Shown one piece after another: positions 51,059-64,000 of a stretch of 64,000 nucleotides of DNA. The stretch spans positions 93,932 to 157,931 of the forward strand of contig JAAOMT010000387.1 in the NCBI GenBank assembly GCA_016748015.1. Reading direction: 5' to 3'. The position numbers were made by a program, and so were the translations under genes. The stretch is from Geosiphon pyriformis uo1 (lineage: Eukaryota; Fungi; Glomeromycota). The stretch's first letter is position 1. Each line of letters opens with the position of its first letter. The notes beneath the pieces are model-generated. The model was not told the DNA's origin. It saw nothing but the letters and a program-made list of their open reading frames with translations, and did no database searches.

Positions 51059-52689
51059 TAATTACAGAGGACCTTTTGTCATAAGTGTAGTAAAATGATG
51101 TGAGAACTGTCAAAAAATTAGTAATACTCATTTGGTTGCAGCCGCAATCCCAACATTGATGGAAATTCAAATGTTATTTTCTCTCAATTAGTCATAATGC
51201 CTTTTTAATCATTATATAGATTATATTACTGTTCTTTTTTATACACCAACACACATTAACCGCCTACCCTAAGTATTTTTCTCTATATTCCTTTTTCCAT
51301 TACTATGTGAAAATTTGTATAATTGATATCTTGTACATTTTCAAGAATTCCAAGTGCCGAGATAAGCATGCTATAAAAAATATTACAATTTGGACGGGCT
51401 ATCATGTTTCCCGCTCGCGTTACGGTGTTTGGATTTTATGATCTCATCCTCTTATGTACTGGTGAAAGCATCACGATCTCTCAAAAAGAATAGAAATCCA
51501 ATCATACCAATGTGTTTGGCCAAAAATTTCTCCTAAATACAAATTCGTTAATATGCGTCTTTCCTTTCCACGTTTTACAGTTCATGCAACTAATTCTTGT
51601 GGGGAAACTGGATGGTTAGTCAATAAAATACAACAAATTTTTCTGGCTCAAAGCCGGTGAAGGTTTGATCCTCTATTAAGGCTCATGCAGGAATTAATGG
51701 TCTGCATGTAATAATTCAAATAACTTGGAATGTGGCGCAATTCTTGTTAAATAATTACTGAATGAAAAGAGATGGAATTTCAAGATTTCATTTTATGAAA
51801 CTGCTTTCAGAAGAATTTTACAATTGTTCTTAAAACACCTTTTTAAAATCTTAATTTCATTTAAAAATAAACTAATAGACAGAAGCCCTATAAACGATAT
51901 GAATTTCTTTGTTTTTTCTGTCTTACCATCTAATAACAAATCGAAGTTAAAGTTAGTATGGATTAGTTTTGTTAACTTACAATTAAGATAAATCCAATTG
52001 TCACTATTGTTATATTCTAATCACTCATAATTAGAGCAAAGGCATTTTGTACTAGGAATATTTGATAAATTCCTTAATAATTTCATAATTTTATTAAATT
52101 TGTTGAAGTATTGAAATGGAATTCTTTCAAGAAATTCAGCTGGTTTAAAATAAAATTTCAAATAATTTAATTGCAAATCTTTGAAATAGAAACAATATAT
52201 CAAAATTTGTTGATTTATTAAAATTAAAGTTTTATCCATTTTTAATTTTTTGGCCACTGTTTGTATTTTTACTAGTATTTTTTTACATTGCATGTTTTAT
52301 TAAAATTCAATGTGCAATATTCAAAATATAAAACAAAAATAAACAATATTAATAATGTTAAAATATAAAATATTTTAAAAACAAATATTGTTATATTTTA
52401 CTATATAAAATAAATAAAAAATAATGTTTGTATATTTTTTAATCTTTATTTAATTTTTTGTTAAATAAAAAATTATTGTAATAATTAAAATTAATATTTT
52501 TAATTACAAAACAAATAGATTTCTAATTTAAAAAATATTTGTTATAAACTTTTAAAAATGTATTTTTTTTAAATAATTAATTATTATAAAATTATTATTA
52601 ATTGTATGTAATAAGTAATAATTAAATTATATTTATAAAATTAATAATAAAAAAAATAATTATTATTATTTTTATTTTTTTTTTATTGT

Positions 52690-55600
52690 TTAATGAGTGA
52701 GGTCCAAACATTATCTAGTACAATAAATCATAAAAGATTTAAACTAGGCATAAATCATGCATTTTCTACACGTAACCAGCCACTCAGGCCAATCAGAACT
52801 ACATTAAGCATTTATAATAACTGACACAGAATCCCCAATACCCAAAAAAAATAAACAAGACACACAAAAGCCAAAGCTAATGCCAAAAGCCTCTGTAATA
52901 CCCAATATTTTTATCACTCTTGCAGAGAATAATGAAGAAAAACCATGCATTAGACCAGAAACAAAGCCATCTCTAGGAATCAAGCCATGTTTCTCCATTA
53001 AAGCACGGTGACTTACACGAACTAGCCAAATCTCATCCCTAAAAACAAAACAAAAATTTCACACAAATTTCACCACCCTTTAACAAGCAATCTTCGAGTC
53101 CCCAAAAACTGAAACTGCTTTCTGAAAACAAAGTTTGAATATAAAGTCCTTACAAAACGCCATACACAACAAAGTGTCAGAAACGCAAGAGAGCATAAGC
53201 TGTATAAGTTGTGATAATGACCAGGGTAAACTGAAGAGTGCTCCCTATATAGTCGCATGCATGTTCAACAGCTGGACGTGGATAGCAGTATCAGAACCAC
53301 AAGAGAAAACATGATTGGAAACTTCAACTTCACCACAATACAAGCATAAAATGCTGGAATAAAATCTACTATAAAGGCACTTGCAGACAGCAACAGACAG
53401 TCAATAATGTAGAGCCTTTATAAAATAAGTACAAGCACCAGCAGAACATTTATCAGTGGAACCAGCAGCCATATGCATATCAGAATGCCACACGAGAGAA
53501 GACCTACGCCAGTCAACATTGCCATGCAAACTGGTAACCAAGACCCTAAAACCAGAACCAATCACCCATTGAGCACAATAAACACTATAGAAAATATCAC
53601 AAACAAAATGTCTAGAATTCCCAGAAACAACCACACTATCTGCCAAAATATAGCATGTATTCACATGCAAAGGAAGAGAATGTTTAGACATAGTAGCAGC
53701 TATAACAAGAGCATCCACACACTTATTACTTACAACACCAGAATGTCCTTTAACTTTAAACCAACAGATGTTCAGATTTTTATTATGAATCAAGTTGTAA
53801 ATGTAATGGTGTTCTAACCAGCATCGATTTTGAAAGTCCGGAACCACCAAACCCAGCTCAGATTTGCATGCATCCAAAGCCACCTGACTGTTAGAGAACA
53901 AATGAACAGAACTAGAGGGGGGAACACACTCAAGAGCCAGAACAATAGCCTGCAACTCCACCATAGTAGAAGACACCAAACCAGAGACTTCAATACCCAA
54001 ACCCAAACCAACACCATCAAAAAAAACAGCAGCACCAGCCTGCATGCCAACAGTACTCAAACCAGCCAAAGAACCATCAGTATAAACCGAAATACTATTA
54101 GTACTGACACCAAGCAGATGATTGTAAATTGTAACAAATTCAATCAAATCCAAGACATTTCGCAGGGCAACTCCACCAACAGCAGAAGATGTGACAGAAA
54201 CAGGAACCACCATGTTGATAAAAAAAACTGAAAGATCAAACCAGACAGGAACTGGCCCACATAAGTCCAACTACTTCCAACGTTTAAAAGTTGCCCAAGT
54301 AAAAGCAGTCCCATTGTGGTCCCGAAGTTGGTCCACAAAAGCAACACCATAATGCTGAAAAGACAGAAAACATCTGACAAATCTAAACTCACCAAGAACA
54401 GATACCATAAAGGTCTCTTTCCAAAAACGAAAAGCATTGGCTCTAATGCCATTCAGAGAAAGATTATAATCATGAAATATACAAACCAAGTCTGCCAAAA
54501 AATTATCAGAAGCACCAACACCAATATGAGCAGAAGAACTCAAGAGATGGATTGGACACCAACACAAAACTTGTAAGTTATGAGATCTGTGAGCAAACAA
54601 ACGACCCAAAATACCAACCAAATTCGCAAAACAAACAACAGATGCCACTTTGTGTTCAGCCTGAATTTGTTCAAAAGTCTTCAAGCCATACAAAGAGGGG
54701 TGATGCAATGCATCATTGGAAAAATCCAAAAACAGACCAGATTTCAATTTCAAACTTTTGCAAATTATAGTATCCCATTTGTTGTACACACTAGAAGGAA
54801 CAAAGCTGAACTAAGTTCTGTAATTCACAATAGGGTGGAGAACTGAAGACACCAAATACGAAAATTGTTTATCAGAGATGGCTTTCTTTAACACAAGATT
54901 AGCAAAAAACTTGATGTCCGAATAAGCTTTAGCAAGACTGGGTTTAGAAAGACCCTCAGTAAACAAAAAGATACCCAAATATTGATGAGGTTCCACCTTT
55001 TTGGCCACAGATATAGGTGTCCCACTTATCAAAAGAGAGGAATTCGTGATCCAGCAGTTGATAGGAATGGCTATGGTTTTATCATTGTTAATTGAAATGT
55101 CATTAAGCCTGAAAAATTTGCTAGCAACATCTAAAATGTGTTGTGTCATCGTCTGACTACTACCAATCCAGATCGTATTATCCACAAAAGCACCAGCAGC
55201 AAGAAATGAAATTAACCCAGCTTGAGATTTTATATGACCAGTCCTAGAAATGAAATGAAAATTCAACCTATACCCACATATACTCTCCTGTCTCTTAACC
55301 TCACACAAAAGAGAATCATAAAATATCTGCCAAAGGAGAGATGAGAAAACCTCCTCTTGGTCCAAGCCATTATGCACATAATAACCACTTGTTAACCCAA
55401 AATTGGTCATAACCCAGTTGGTACGACCATCATAAATACCCCCAAAAAATTGAATAAACTTGCTACACATTTTGATCCTAACCAGACTATTCTTAAGATG
55501 TTCTCAACCAACAGAATCATAAGCCTTTTACATGTCCTGTAAAACCAGCCAGAGCTCCCAGTTCTTTTCTATAGTGTCTTTGATCATTAAACCAACTGCA

Positions 55601-58600
55601 AAAATGGGGGACTGAATTGTAGTACCCTTTAAAACTAAAAAATTGTTACCATAAAGAACGTCGTACTTGTTGCATGCCAATGAGATTCTGTCAGAAAAAA
55701 TTTTGGAGAGAATCTTGTAAGCCATCTTAATCAGAACTATAGGACGAGTATTAGTGAACACGCCTTCCCATTTATAAGGCTTAGGAATCATCGAAACCCA
55801 AGCCTCCCTCCAAACACCAAGAGTTGATTCATCAGAAAGACAAAAATTGATGAGCACCAAGAGCATATTAAGAGCTGAACTGTCACAATGCTTCCAGAGT
55901 TCGTTGGAGATGCCTAAAAGACCAGCAGCTTTCCCATCAAGCAGATTGGAGACCACACCAAATAATTCAACAAAACTAACACAGTCTATGACATTGGAAA
56001 AAACACCATCAAAAACATGTTCCAGAAGCTAATATTAACAAAACCAAACCTCAGGCACATCATGAACCACATCTTGCTTCCATGTTCAACTTTCCATTAT
56101 CTCATCCACTTTATTTTTAACATGATCAGGCTCCAAGATCAGCTCTTTACCCACCACCAAATGATCTAAAACAACTTTACAAAAGGGCCATTCCAAGACA
56201 TTTTTGATAGTGTGACCTTTGTTTAACTCAAAGCTCTCCATTCTTCTATTGATAGCAGATCTGATATAAGAATCCTCAGCACATTTCGACTCTAACAACT
56301 TAGAAGCACAATAAGATTTCTTGATCTTTGAAAGAACAGATTGTATATTATTCAAAGGGGAACTTGAGATAAAAAGAGATTTCACCAATGAAGCATTAAC
56401 AGAATTAAGCAGAATCCAAGTTTCCAGCAGCAAAGCAAATACATCACGATCGATCAACCAGGAAGCTTTAACCAATTTAGACATCAGCAGTTTCAATCTA
56501 TGAAACCTGGATGAGGTTTTGGTAAAAACACTATCATATTTCTTGAACCATTTTTTTTTGAAAACCACATTTGCTGAAAAACACAATGTCTTATGAATAG
56601 CATCTTACATAGCATCCAGATCTGAATGCATTTTGGCATTCAAGAAATTATCAGAGAGCATGGCAGCATTAGCCACCATTTTATTCTTAAACTTTGACCA
56701 TAAAGCATTATCAGCACCTTTAAAATTGTACTTCCAATGATCCTTATTCACCTGTTTATGCAATGAGTTTAATTGCACATTCAGCAAACTACCAAGACCT
56801 ACAGAAACAAAAACAGCCCTATGATCAGTATCAAAAAACTCCTCAATGCCAGCCACACCACAATTTAAAATCACATTAACAAGATTTGATGACACAAACA
56901 CATAGTCAATAGTTTTGGCAACTCCCTGAGAATTGTTTTATGTAGCTTTCTTTCCATATGAGCTTCCACCCAAGGAGTTAACCAAACCTAAATCAAAACA
57001 CCTTTTGAAATTTGCACTTTTGTGAAAACCATTTTTATTGAAATTGCCACCCAAGATGATGAAAAAAGACTCATTTACCATCCTTGCAATCAAAGAATTA
57101 ACATTATCTGCCTAAGAGAAACAAACCACCAGAGAAGCTCCAGCATACAGTCCCAAAACTGACACAGAAAGATTATTTTTGAAAAGGAGCCTGAGAGAAA
57201 AAAACCAGCCAGGAATATTCAAAATCTTACATATATGCTGAGCCAAGAAATTGTTCATAATAATCACAACCCCAGAACCCAAGTGACCAGAATCCAAACC
57301 AGAAGTAAAAACCTAAACACCATCAAACTTGTTCATGATCTAAGGACGGATCTTACTTTTTAACTTAGTTTTAGTAACAATCGAAATCACATTGTCCATT
57401 TTCTTATGCCAATGAATAATATCATCCAGTTTTGCAGAATTGTTTATTCCTCTAATGTTACATATTGCAACTTTCCAAACCAAACTGTTCATTGAGAATT
57501 GAAGAACAATGATGACTTCAAGCCAGCAAACAACTGATCAAATCTCACTAAAATGGAATTTACCAAAACTTCCAGAGCCACAAATTTAGATTCAAGACTG
57601 CCCAACTTGGAAGTTAAGACCTTAGAACTGCTTGAGCCAAGAACTGGACCGTCAGTAGCAATAGGAAAGGGGGTATCAGAAAGACCATCAGGCCTATCCA
57701 AGACCATATCAGAAAGGGAATTTAAATTTGCAACCATAGACGAAACTGAAGCAGGAGATTGAGAAACAGACATAGCAAGATTTTCATTTAAAACAGGCAC
57801 CAAAAGCACCAACTTGGCACCATTTAGGCATTTTATTATACATAACACTTGGTCCGACAGGAGCCCCAAAGATCATTCCAAAGACAACAAGCATTTATTC
57901 AAAGCAGAGTTAAGTGTGAAAGTAAAAGGAAGCAGACTATCAGAACCCAGACCACCAGAGAAAAAAAGACTCGAATTAGAACCAATAGAAGGACCAGAAG
58001 ACATAGACACAGAAGAAATAATCTGAGCCCATAATTTATCACCAAAGGCGGCTGGGTGAGAGATGAGAACACTCTTTTTCATGTACAACTTGGCAAGTTG
58101 GAGGTGATTCTCATCCAAAGTAACCCACTTTATAAATAATTTTGAAGGCTTGAAAGTGAAAGCAATCTCAGCATTACACTCCAAAACTGAATGACCAAGC
58201 TTCCCATACCTATCATACCGAACAAGACCCAATCTAGCCCAAGAAAGCTTCACTCCACCAAGAATTAGAACCGTGTGAAAAGCCGACTCCAATATTTTGT
58301 CAGACTCAAAGCCAACCACAGCACAGTGAGTCCTATTGCCACTTTCTAATGACCGATTAATAACACACATCTTCCTACCAGCCCCTTCCAAAAAATTTCC
58401 AAGATCATGTACAGTTGTACCCACAGGCAAAGTAAACAAAAGTGCCCTAAACCAATCTCTTGATGCCCATGTTTCACAATTTCTCACAGCTTTGGCCACA
58501 TGTACTGAATCTTTCCCGATTAAGAATAACCACTTAGCTGCCAACAGATCTGCTTGATTTGATTTGGCAAACTCTACCACAGCCTTCTGTCACAGCCCAA

Positions 58601-59530
58601 TAAGTTGCAATCGGATTGACACCACTTGACCAAACTTAAAAAGAGCTGCAATAATCATTCCCTTTGGTGTATCCATGAGAATTTCTTTGATTACTACAGC
58701 CCAATCTGAATGAATTTCTTGTTTCTTAAGATTGGTGTTTATGGTAATCCCCTTTTCTCTGGCCAATGAAGCAGTCTTTTCCATGTTGATCTCTGAGGTG
58801 AAAGTAGATTTGATGATCCTCTCAAATTTTGAGGGGGTAGTGGCCCCCCCAAAACCATTTATTTTCGAAAATAATTTTCTGATGACTTGAGTTTTGGTTA
58901 TAGCCAATTTGCCTTTCACAGCTGAGAGATTAATGTTCAGAGCAAAAGATTTTTTCACAGCAACTTCTACTTGAGTTTTGATTATTTTAAGATCTAACCA
59001 CTTTTTTTCCAAAGAAATACCAAGAAAGGGAGAGAGGAAACCACCATCATCATTATCCATATCATAATTCAGAAAACCAAAAGGGGAACCACATGCCAAA
59101 TCATTTTTAACTCTCTTTGCCTTAGAAGTTATAGCAGCCGAACCAAGAAAAGACTTATTACTACTACTGACTAGGACATCATCAACAATACTACTACTAG
59201 AATTACTTTTCATATCAGAGTACATGCCCCCATCAAAATGAAATTTGGCCAAAGAAACACCACCTTTAATACCAGAATGCTTGATATTGCGAAGAGAAAC
59301 CCTTTTCTTTTGTGAAAAGAAGCCACCAGCAGGACCAGAGAAAGCACCCAAGGGAGCCTTCGAACTTGACGAACTGCCACTAAAGACAGCCTCCATATTC
59401 ACAACAAATAGGTTATGTGTAAAAAAAATGGTGAAATAAAACAGATAGAAAAAACAAAAAACTTCTTTCAAAATTGTGCTCTTTAGGGAATTTGGGATGT
59501 ACAAGAGAAAAAAATTTGAAGTTTTTTCCT
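52690..59530 (-). mobile_element. LINE copy D, full-length, pseudogenised (ORF1 ~59396-57489; ORF2 ~57492-52804)
   Basis: Same domain set as LINE C: NGLDQEEVFS, AFVDNT, VYTDGS, KVKGHSG, DTDH; family 3' UTR at 52690-52803. Confidence 0.93.
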
Positions 59531-59542
59531 TAAATTTTTATT

Positions 59543-59553
59543 ATTGTTTTTAC

Positions 59554-59590
<37 letters not shown>

Positions 59591-59612
59591 TTATTATTTT
59601 ATTATTATTTTT
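59543..59612. repeat. (TTA)n microsatellite at the 5' flank of LINE D
   Basis: Run of TTA/ATT repeats. Confidence 0.85.
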
Positions 59613-59910
59613 TTAATTATTGTTTGATTTAATATAACTTGATTATAAAAAATTTTTTTATTTTTTTTAAGCTAATTTTTAAAAATATTAATTTTATTAT
59701 TATTATTATTTTTAAGCAAGAAAAATTTAAGATTTTATTAAGATCAATAAGTTGAAAATAGTTTTATTTAACTTTACTACTTTATTTTGTATACAAAATT
59801 ATAATTGATAACAAACTTACATACATTTCTAAAAACCAGTAAATAAAAGTTTGTCTAAATTTATAAAATACAAAAACAAGTTTACAAAACCCAAATAGAT
59901 AGTTTTTTTT

Positions 59911-60472
59911 ATTAATTCTGGCATTTATACGTCTTTTTTTTCTAAAAAAATAGGTAAAATTGGTCAACAAAATATTAAATGTATTTTTCATATTTGCATT
60001 TACATAAACAATTTAATATCACAAAAAAACAATTTGATACAATCAACTTTTAAACGCAAAAAGAAAAAGACTAAAAGCTTGATAAAACAATAACAAAAAA
60101 TTAAACACTTGCAAAATGAGATTCACAAAAAGACTATTGCTTTTTTTACTCATGAATTTGATATTATTATTATTATTCTTCCTTTTGAGGTATCAAATAC
60201 AATGAACCAAAAAACATGAAAATTACAAAAAAACAGGTCAAAAGATGCTTGGCTGGGCACATTATCGATTTCAACAACGTTTAATAGCCAAAGCAGAGGA
60301 ATTAGGAGTTCCTGCTATTATCCAAAATGAAGCCTATATGCAGTTGGTGTGGAAACATCCCAAACATCGGATCCAAAATGGCGCTCGGGGAATTTTTCTC
60401 CGGGCATTGCTTGATGGAGCCTTGATTCTCTCTGGAGATCATGAAGGAAATAGTAGCATCATCTATTATTGA
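59911..60472 (+). pseudogene. Decayed Fanzor/TnpB (IS607-type) RNA-guided endonuclease, RuvC half
   Basis: INSGIYT (from LDPGIRT), GKIG, KIKHLQNEIHKKTIAFFTHEFDIIIIILPFEVS, MLGWAHYRFQQRLIAKAEELGVPAIIQNEAY, CSWCGNI (shifted frame), NGARGIFLRALLDG. Confidence 0.85.
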
Positions 60473-61234
60473 TATATTACAATCCATCCGTCTTTTTGTT
60501 TGATTCTTAATTTCTTGCTGGTTGATTTTTAAGGGCTGTCGACATCAAAAAAACCAATTGTCCTTTTTTATAATTTCTAGCTCTCTCGCTCACTTTTCAA
60601 GTTGCGAAGGAAAATGAACCTGTGGACCCGTTATTTCATCTCTTTTCCTCAAGAGAAGAAAGACTCATGATCTTTGGTCGCATTTTTTAGAGTCGTCCTC
60701 TTGCTCCTCAGCATATGGGGCTGATATCCTTAAATAACGAGCAGGAGTTATCTTTCCCTCCACTTTGTTCTTTTACTTCTCCCCCTTGGTATCTTCTTTT
60801 TTTATATTGCTTTTGTTCTGTGAACTCGTTTTTGATGTTAAGTAAAAGCTTGTAATTTCCCTTTGAAAGCCCATGGATCAAAATCCTGCATGTTTTATCA
60901 ATTTATAACGTAATGTACATTTTGACCATGGGAAAATGATATTTACACGTGATCTTTGGAAAACCTTTTGAAATTGAAAAGAAAATTTAGACCATGTTAG
61001 AAATCGTTTAGTTTGATACTCTTCATGATTACAAAATATATTTTACCTGAGAAGTTTATTTTATACAACTTGTACAAAGATTTAATTAAAAAAAAATAAT
61101 AATGAACTTCAAGCAAAACGTAGAGGAAAACGCTAATTCATTATACAAAAGCTGGAGCCCAGATGAGCTTAATAATATGAATGGTGTTCAGACCTTGTAC
61201 TTCGAGAACCATCCTGACTGTCATACTAAATTCC

Positions 61235-64000
61235 TCACATTGCTTCATTGATAATCTCAAACGCTTTTTTATAGACATCTAACATCGTCTTACACTTTTG
61301 CCGCTCGCTCGCTAAATTTTCATCCTCTTGCAACAGGTCTCCGAAAAATTCTTCCTTATATAGCTCTGCAACAAGACGGTTTTGTACTGACTCACGAGAG
61401 AAATTAACCAATAGGTGCATAATCGCTTTTGGTACAATGTCTTGGATAGTTTTGCGAACAAGGTTGAAATAAGAAGTGATTAGGGAACCTGTTATTAAAT
61501 AAAGAAAAAACGAAATTATTATTTTAATCGAGAAAAGGAGGTTGGTAAATAAAATATTATTTACGAATCAATTGAGTTTCCATTTCTTCTTGCTCGGTGA
61601 GATTGTAAGATTCTTCAAAACTTAACTAAGGCAAAAAAGCCAGATCGCATTAGCACTTAAAAGAATGAGAAAGGCTTACTATTTAAACCTAGATTTACTT
61701 ACCATATCCAACTTCTTATCTATTTCACTACTGTCGATTCCTAATTTATTTGAGCTGCCTCCACGATTAGTTTGTTGATCAGGTAGCGCAGTTCTATCTG
61801 CTTTGTTTCCACTACCAAAAAAGTATGTGAGGAACCCTTCACGTTGCGCCCAACCTGCCGTGTTTGTAGCTGGAATATTAGTACTATTTTGTAGAGAAAA
61901 ATCCTTGACTGATGATGGTTCTTTAAAGCCGTCGGATATTGTTAATACATCAGGATCTTCCTTAGATCCAATGATTGATCCATTTGTTACTGGGGCATGG
62001 AAAGAACTATTACCACCCATAACAATTCCCTAATTTTGGGATTTATTTAATTAGCAATAAAGATGAATCAATATAACTCTTTAAGAAGGCTTCTTTTACC
62101 TTTTTATTGACTTTGTCAAACTCTTTTCGTCGCCTTTCGTTCTTTTTTACAAGATCTGATATCGCACCTCCACCACCAATAAAGTCTGGGTGGTTAGTGT
62201 TAATGTAGGCACGTTGAATACTAATCAAGCTTTCAACGTATTCAGATGTAGGTAACAATCGTTCACGCAACAAGTCCGAGACAACTTCGAGAAGTTTAGA
62301 ATGTAAACGAGGGAATTGATTCAGTTCCTGTTATTAGGGAAAGTGTAAGAATACAAGATTCTGGCGTGATGGTTGATATTAACGCAGTCAAAATTCATTC
62401 TCTTACTTTACTTCCGCAACTATGGCAAATTTTCATCAACTCTTCGTACACTAATTCAACACACCGTAAACTAGGGGGTTCCAGTAGTTGAATTTGAGGT
62501 TTTACCAGTAGATCAAATGCGATTTCGGGGACAAATAAGGATGGCCTGGGTCCCGTTGAATTTCGAATTGCTATTCGAATATCTTGTACCGATAGATTCC
62601 CACAAGGATTAATAGAATCTAATGCAGCCCCAAAGACATTATTGAATATGTAGTAAATCCGTGCTCCACCACATCTAGAAAAGCTCATCCAAATATTAGA
62701 GAAATAAATGATAAAGAAAAGCATAAGCGAAGACGGTCTTACAATTCCTTTGTTGATATCTCACGGTAAGTGCCGTCAATTGATGACGTAAAATCATTGG
62801 CAAACTTGGTCAATAATTTTAAGACGAGTGCTCCCTGAAATTCATAAATCGAGGTTGATAAACAGGCAAGAATTGACTCAAAATTTCTTGAAGATTGATA
62901 CACTCACCCTTTGTCCTTTGCCAGTGATAGCAGGATCTCCGTAGGCTGCTAATTCTTGCTGGGTTTGACCGATGAGAGTGTTTATTCGAGTTTTCATATC
63001 GGGCAATCTCTCACGAATGTGATTCATTAATATCTTTGAACAGACATAAGAATCAAAATTAGTTTTATCTCAAAGTTGTCACAGTTGAATCTAAAATTTA
63101 TCCTCCAATTATACCTTCATAATTCCACAACTTCTAAACTGCCTCAAAATAATAATTCATATTAGTCTAGAAAACTTACATTATTTAGGGACTTGGACAA
63201 AAATGGTGTACCGCATCGAGCTGCAATGCTTTTATAAGCTGGATGATTCCTAAAAAAGTCCGTCTCGGATTTTAAAGCCTCTGACATGGGTTTATTGACG
63301 ACAATATCTTGCTGACTGCGATTAACTACTCCAATAAATCCTAGTTTTAACGGCAACACGCGACCTGTAAGTATTTCTAATGCATTTGTACCAGCATCCA
63401 TAAGATCAAGTTTAGTTAACACGCCAATTGTGCGTCGACCTAGCACAAGAAGAACGAGGAAACAATAATTTTTAGTATTAATAGAAAACAATCGAAAACA
63501 TGTGGATCTAATAAAAAACCTTCATAATCAACTTGTTTTGCCAACTTTAAACTTTCTGAATTAACAAGATCCACATTGGCCGGACTGACGGCTAAAATAA
63601 TACTGAAAAATGGAGCCATATTATCAATATTAGCATTAATTCTCGCCAAGGACCCGCCATTGGTTGAAATGCTCATGAAAAAAAGAGATCAAAGTGTTGA
63701 ACCTATTTGGTTTTGATATATAATCCAGAATTAGATTTCTTGTTTGTTTTTCGATATCTGTCGGCTGGTCCCCTAAAATACTTTTATGAATTAATACTCT
63801 GAAAAATATATTCTAAAAACGAAGACCACAAATTTGAAGATATTTACCAACAGGAATCTATAGATTATCGCAAAAGTCCAAAGTAGACGACAAATCATTG
63901 GAGAGGTTGATGCACGTATAATTATATGAACTACTCATAAAACAACTCTTAGCTATACAAAATTGAATTCTACAAGCATGCCTTGGTAAGGCCGGGTAAA
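61235..64000 (-). CDS. DNM1: Dynamin-related mitochondrial fission GTPase, 3' part (5' end beyond window)
   Basis: [72 protein letters not shown] (Dnm1 rather than Vps1 signature), GED region [15 protein letters not shown]...QNRLVAELY; stop at 61235. Confidence 0.93.

Noticed and set aside
52021-52293. FLERIPFQYFNKF peptide faintly like the N-terminus of expanded fungal kinase families
   Set aside because: Too short and AT-eroded, with no kinase motifs visible.

Overview
AT-rich, intron-containing eukaryotic DNA. The host genes are fungal, and the repeat style suggests an early-diverging fungus (Glomeromycotina/Geosiphon-like; this is an inference). Roughly four fifths of the window is decayed transposable element. 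One non-LTR (LINE) family occurs as four recognisable copies plus AT-eroded ghost copies; its ORF1 has RRM-like domains and a CCHC knuckle, and its ORF2 has APE, RT and RNase H domains plus a C-terminal zinc motif. Three LTR elements are nested inside the LINE ORF2s, each with a 4-bp ATG(A/C) target-site duplication. Two of these are ~10-kb Ty3/Gypsy elements (798-10642 and 23605-33566, minus strand) with an unusual layout: gag, protease, Cys-rich domain, dUTPase, RT, RNase H, integrase, then a conserved extra ORF that reads through the polypurine tract into the 3' LTR. The third is a 3.1-kb non-autonomous LTR element (18641-21713) whose PPT appears to derive from dUTPase codons. Host genes are a NOP12/RBM34-like gene and an Sds3/Dep1-family gene, arranged head-to-head on a ~300-bp shared promoter, and the 3' part of DNM1. 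Between the last LINE and DNM1 lies a decayed Fanzor/TnpB (IS607-type) RNA-guided nuclease gene (~59.9-60.5 kb). All TE copies are inactivated mainly by C>T/G>A transitions. Coordinates were read by eye and family calls rest on motif recognition, not database searches.
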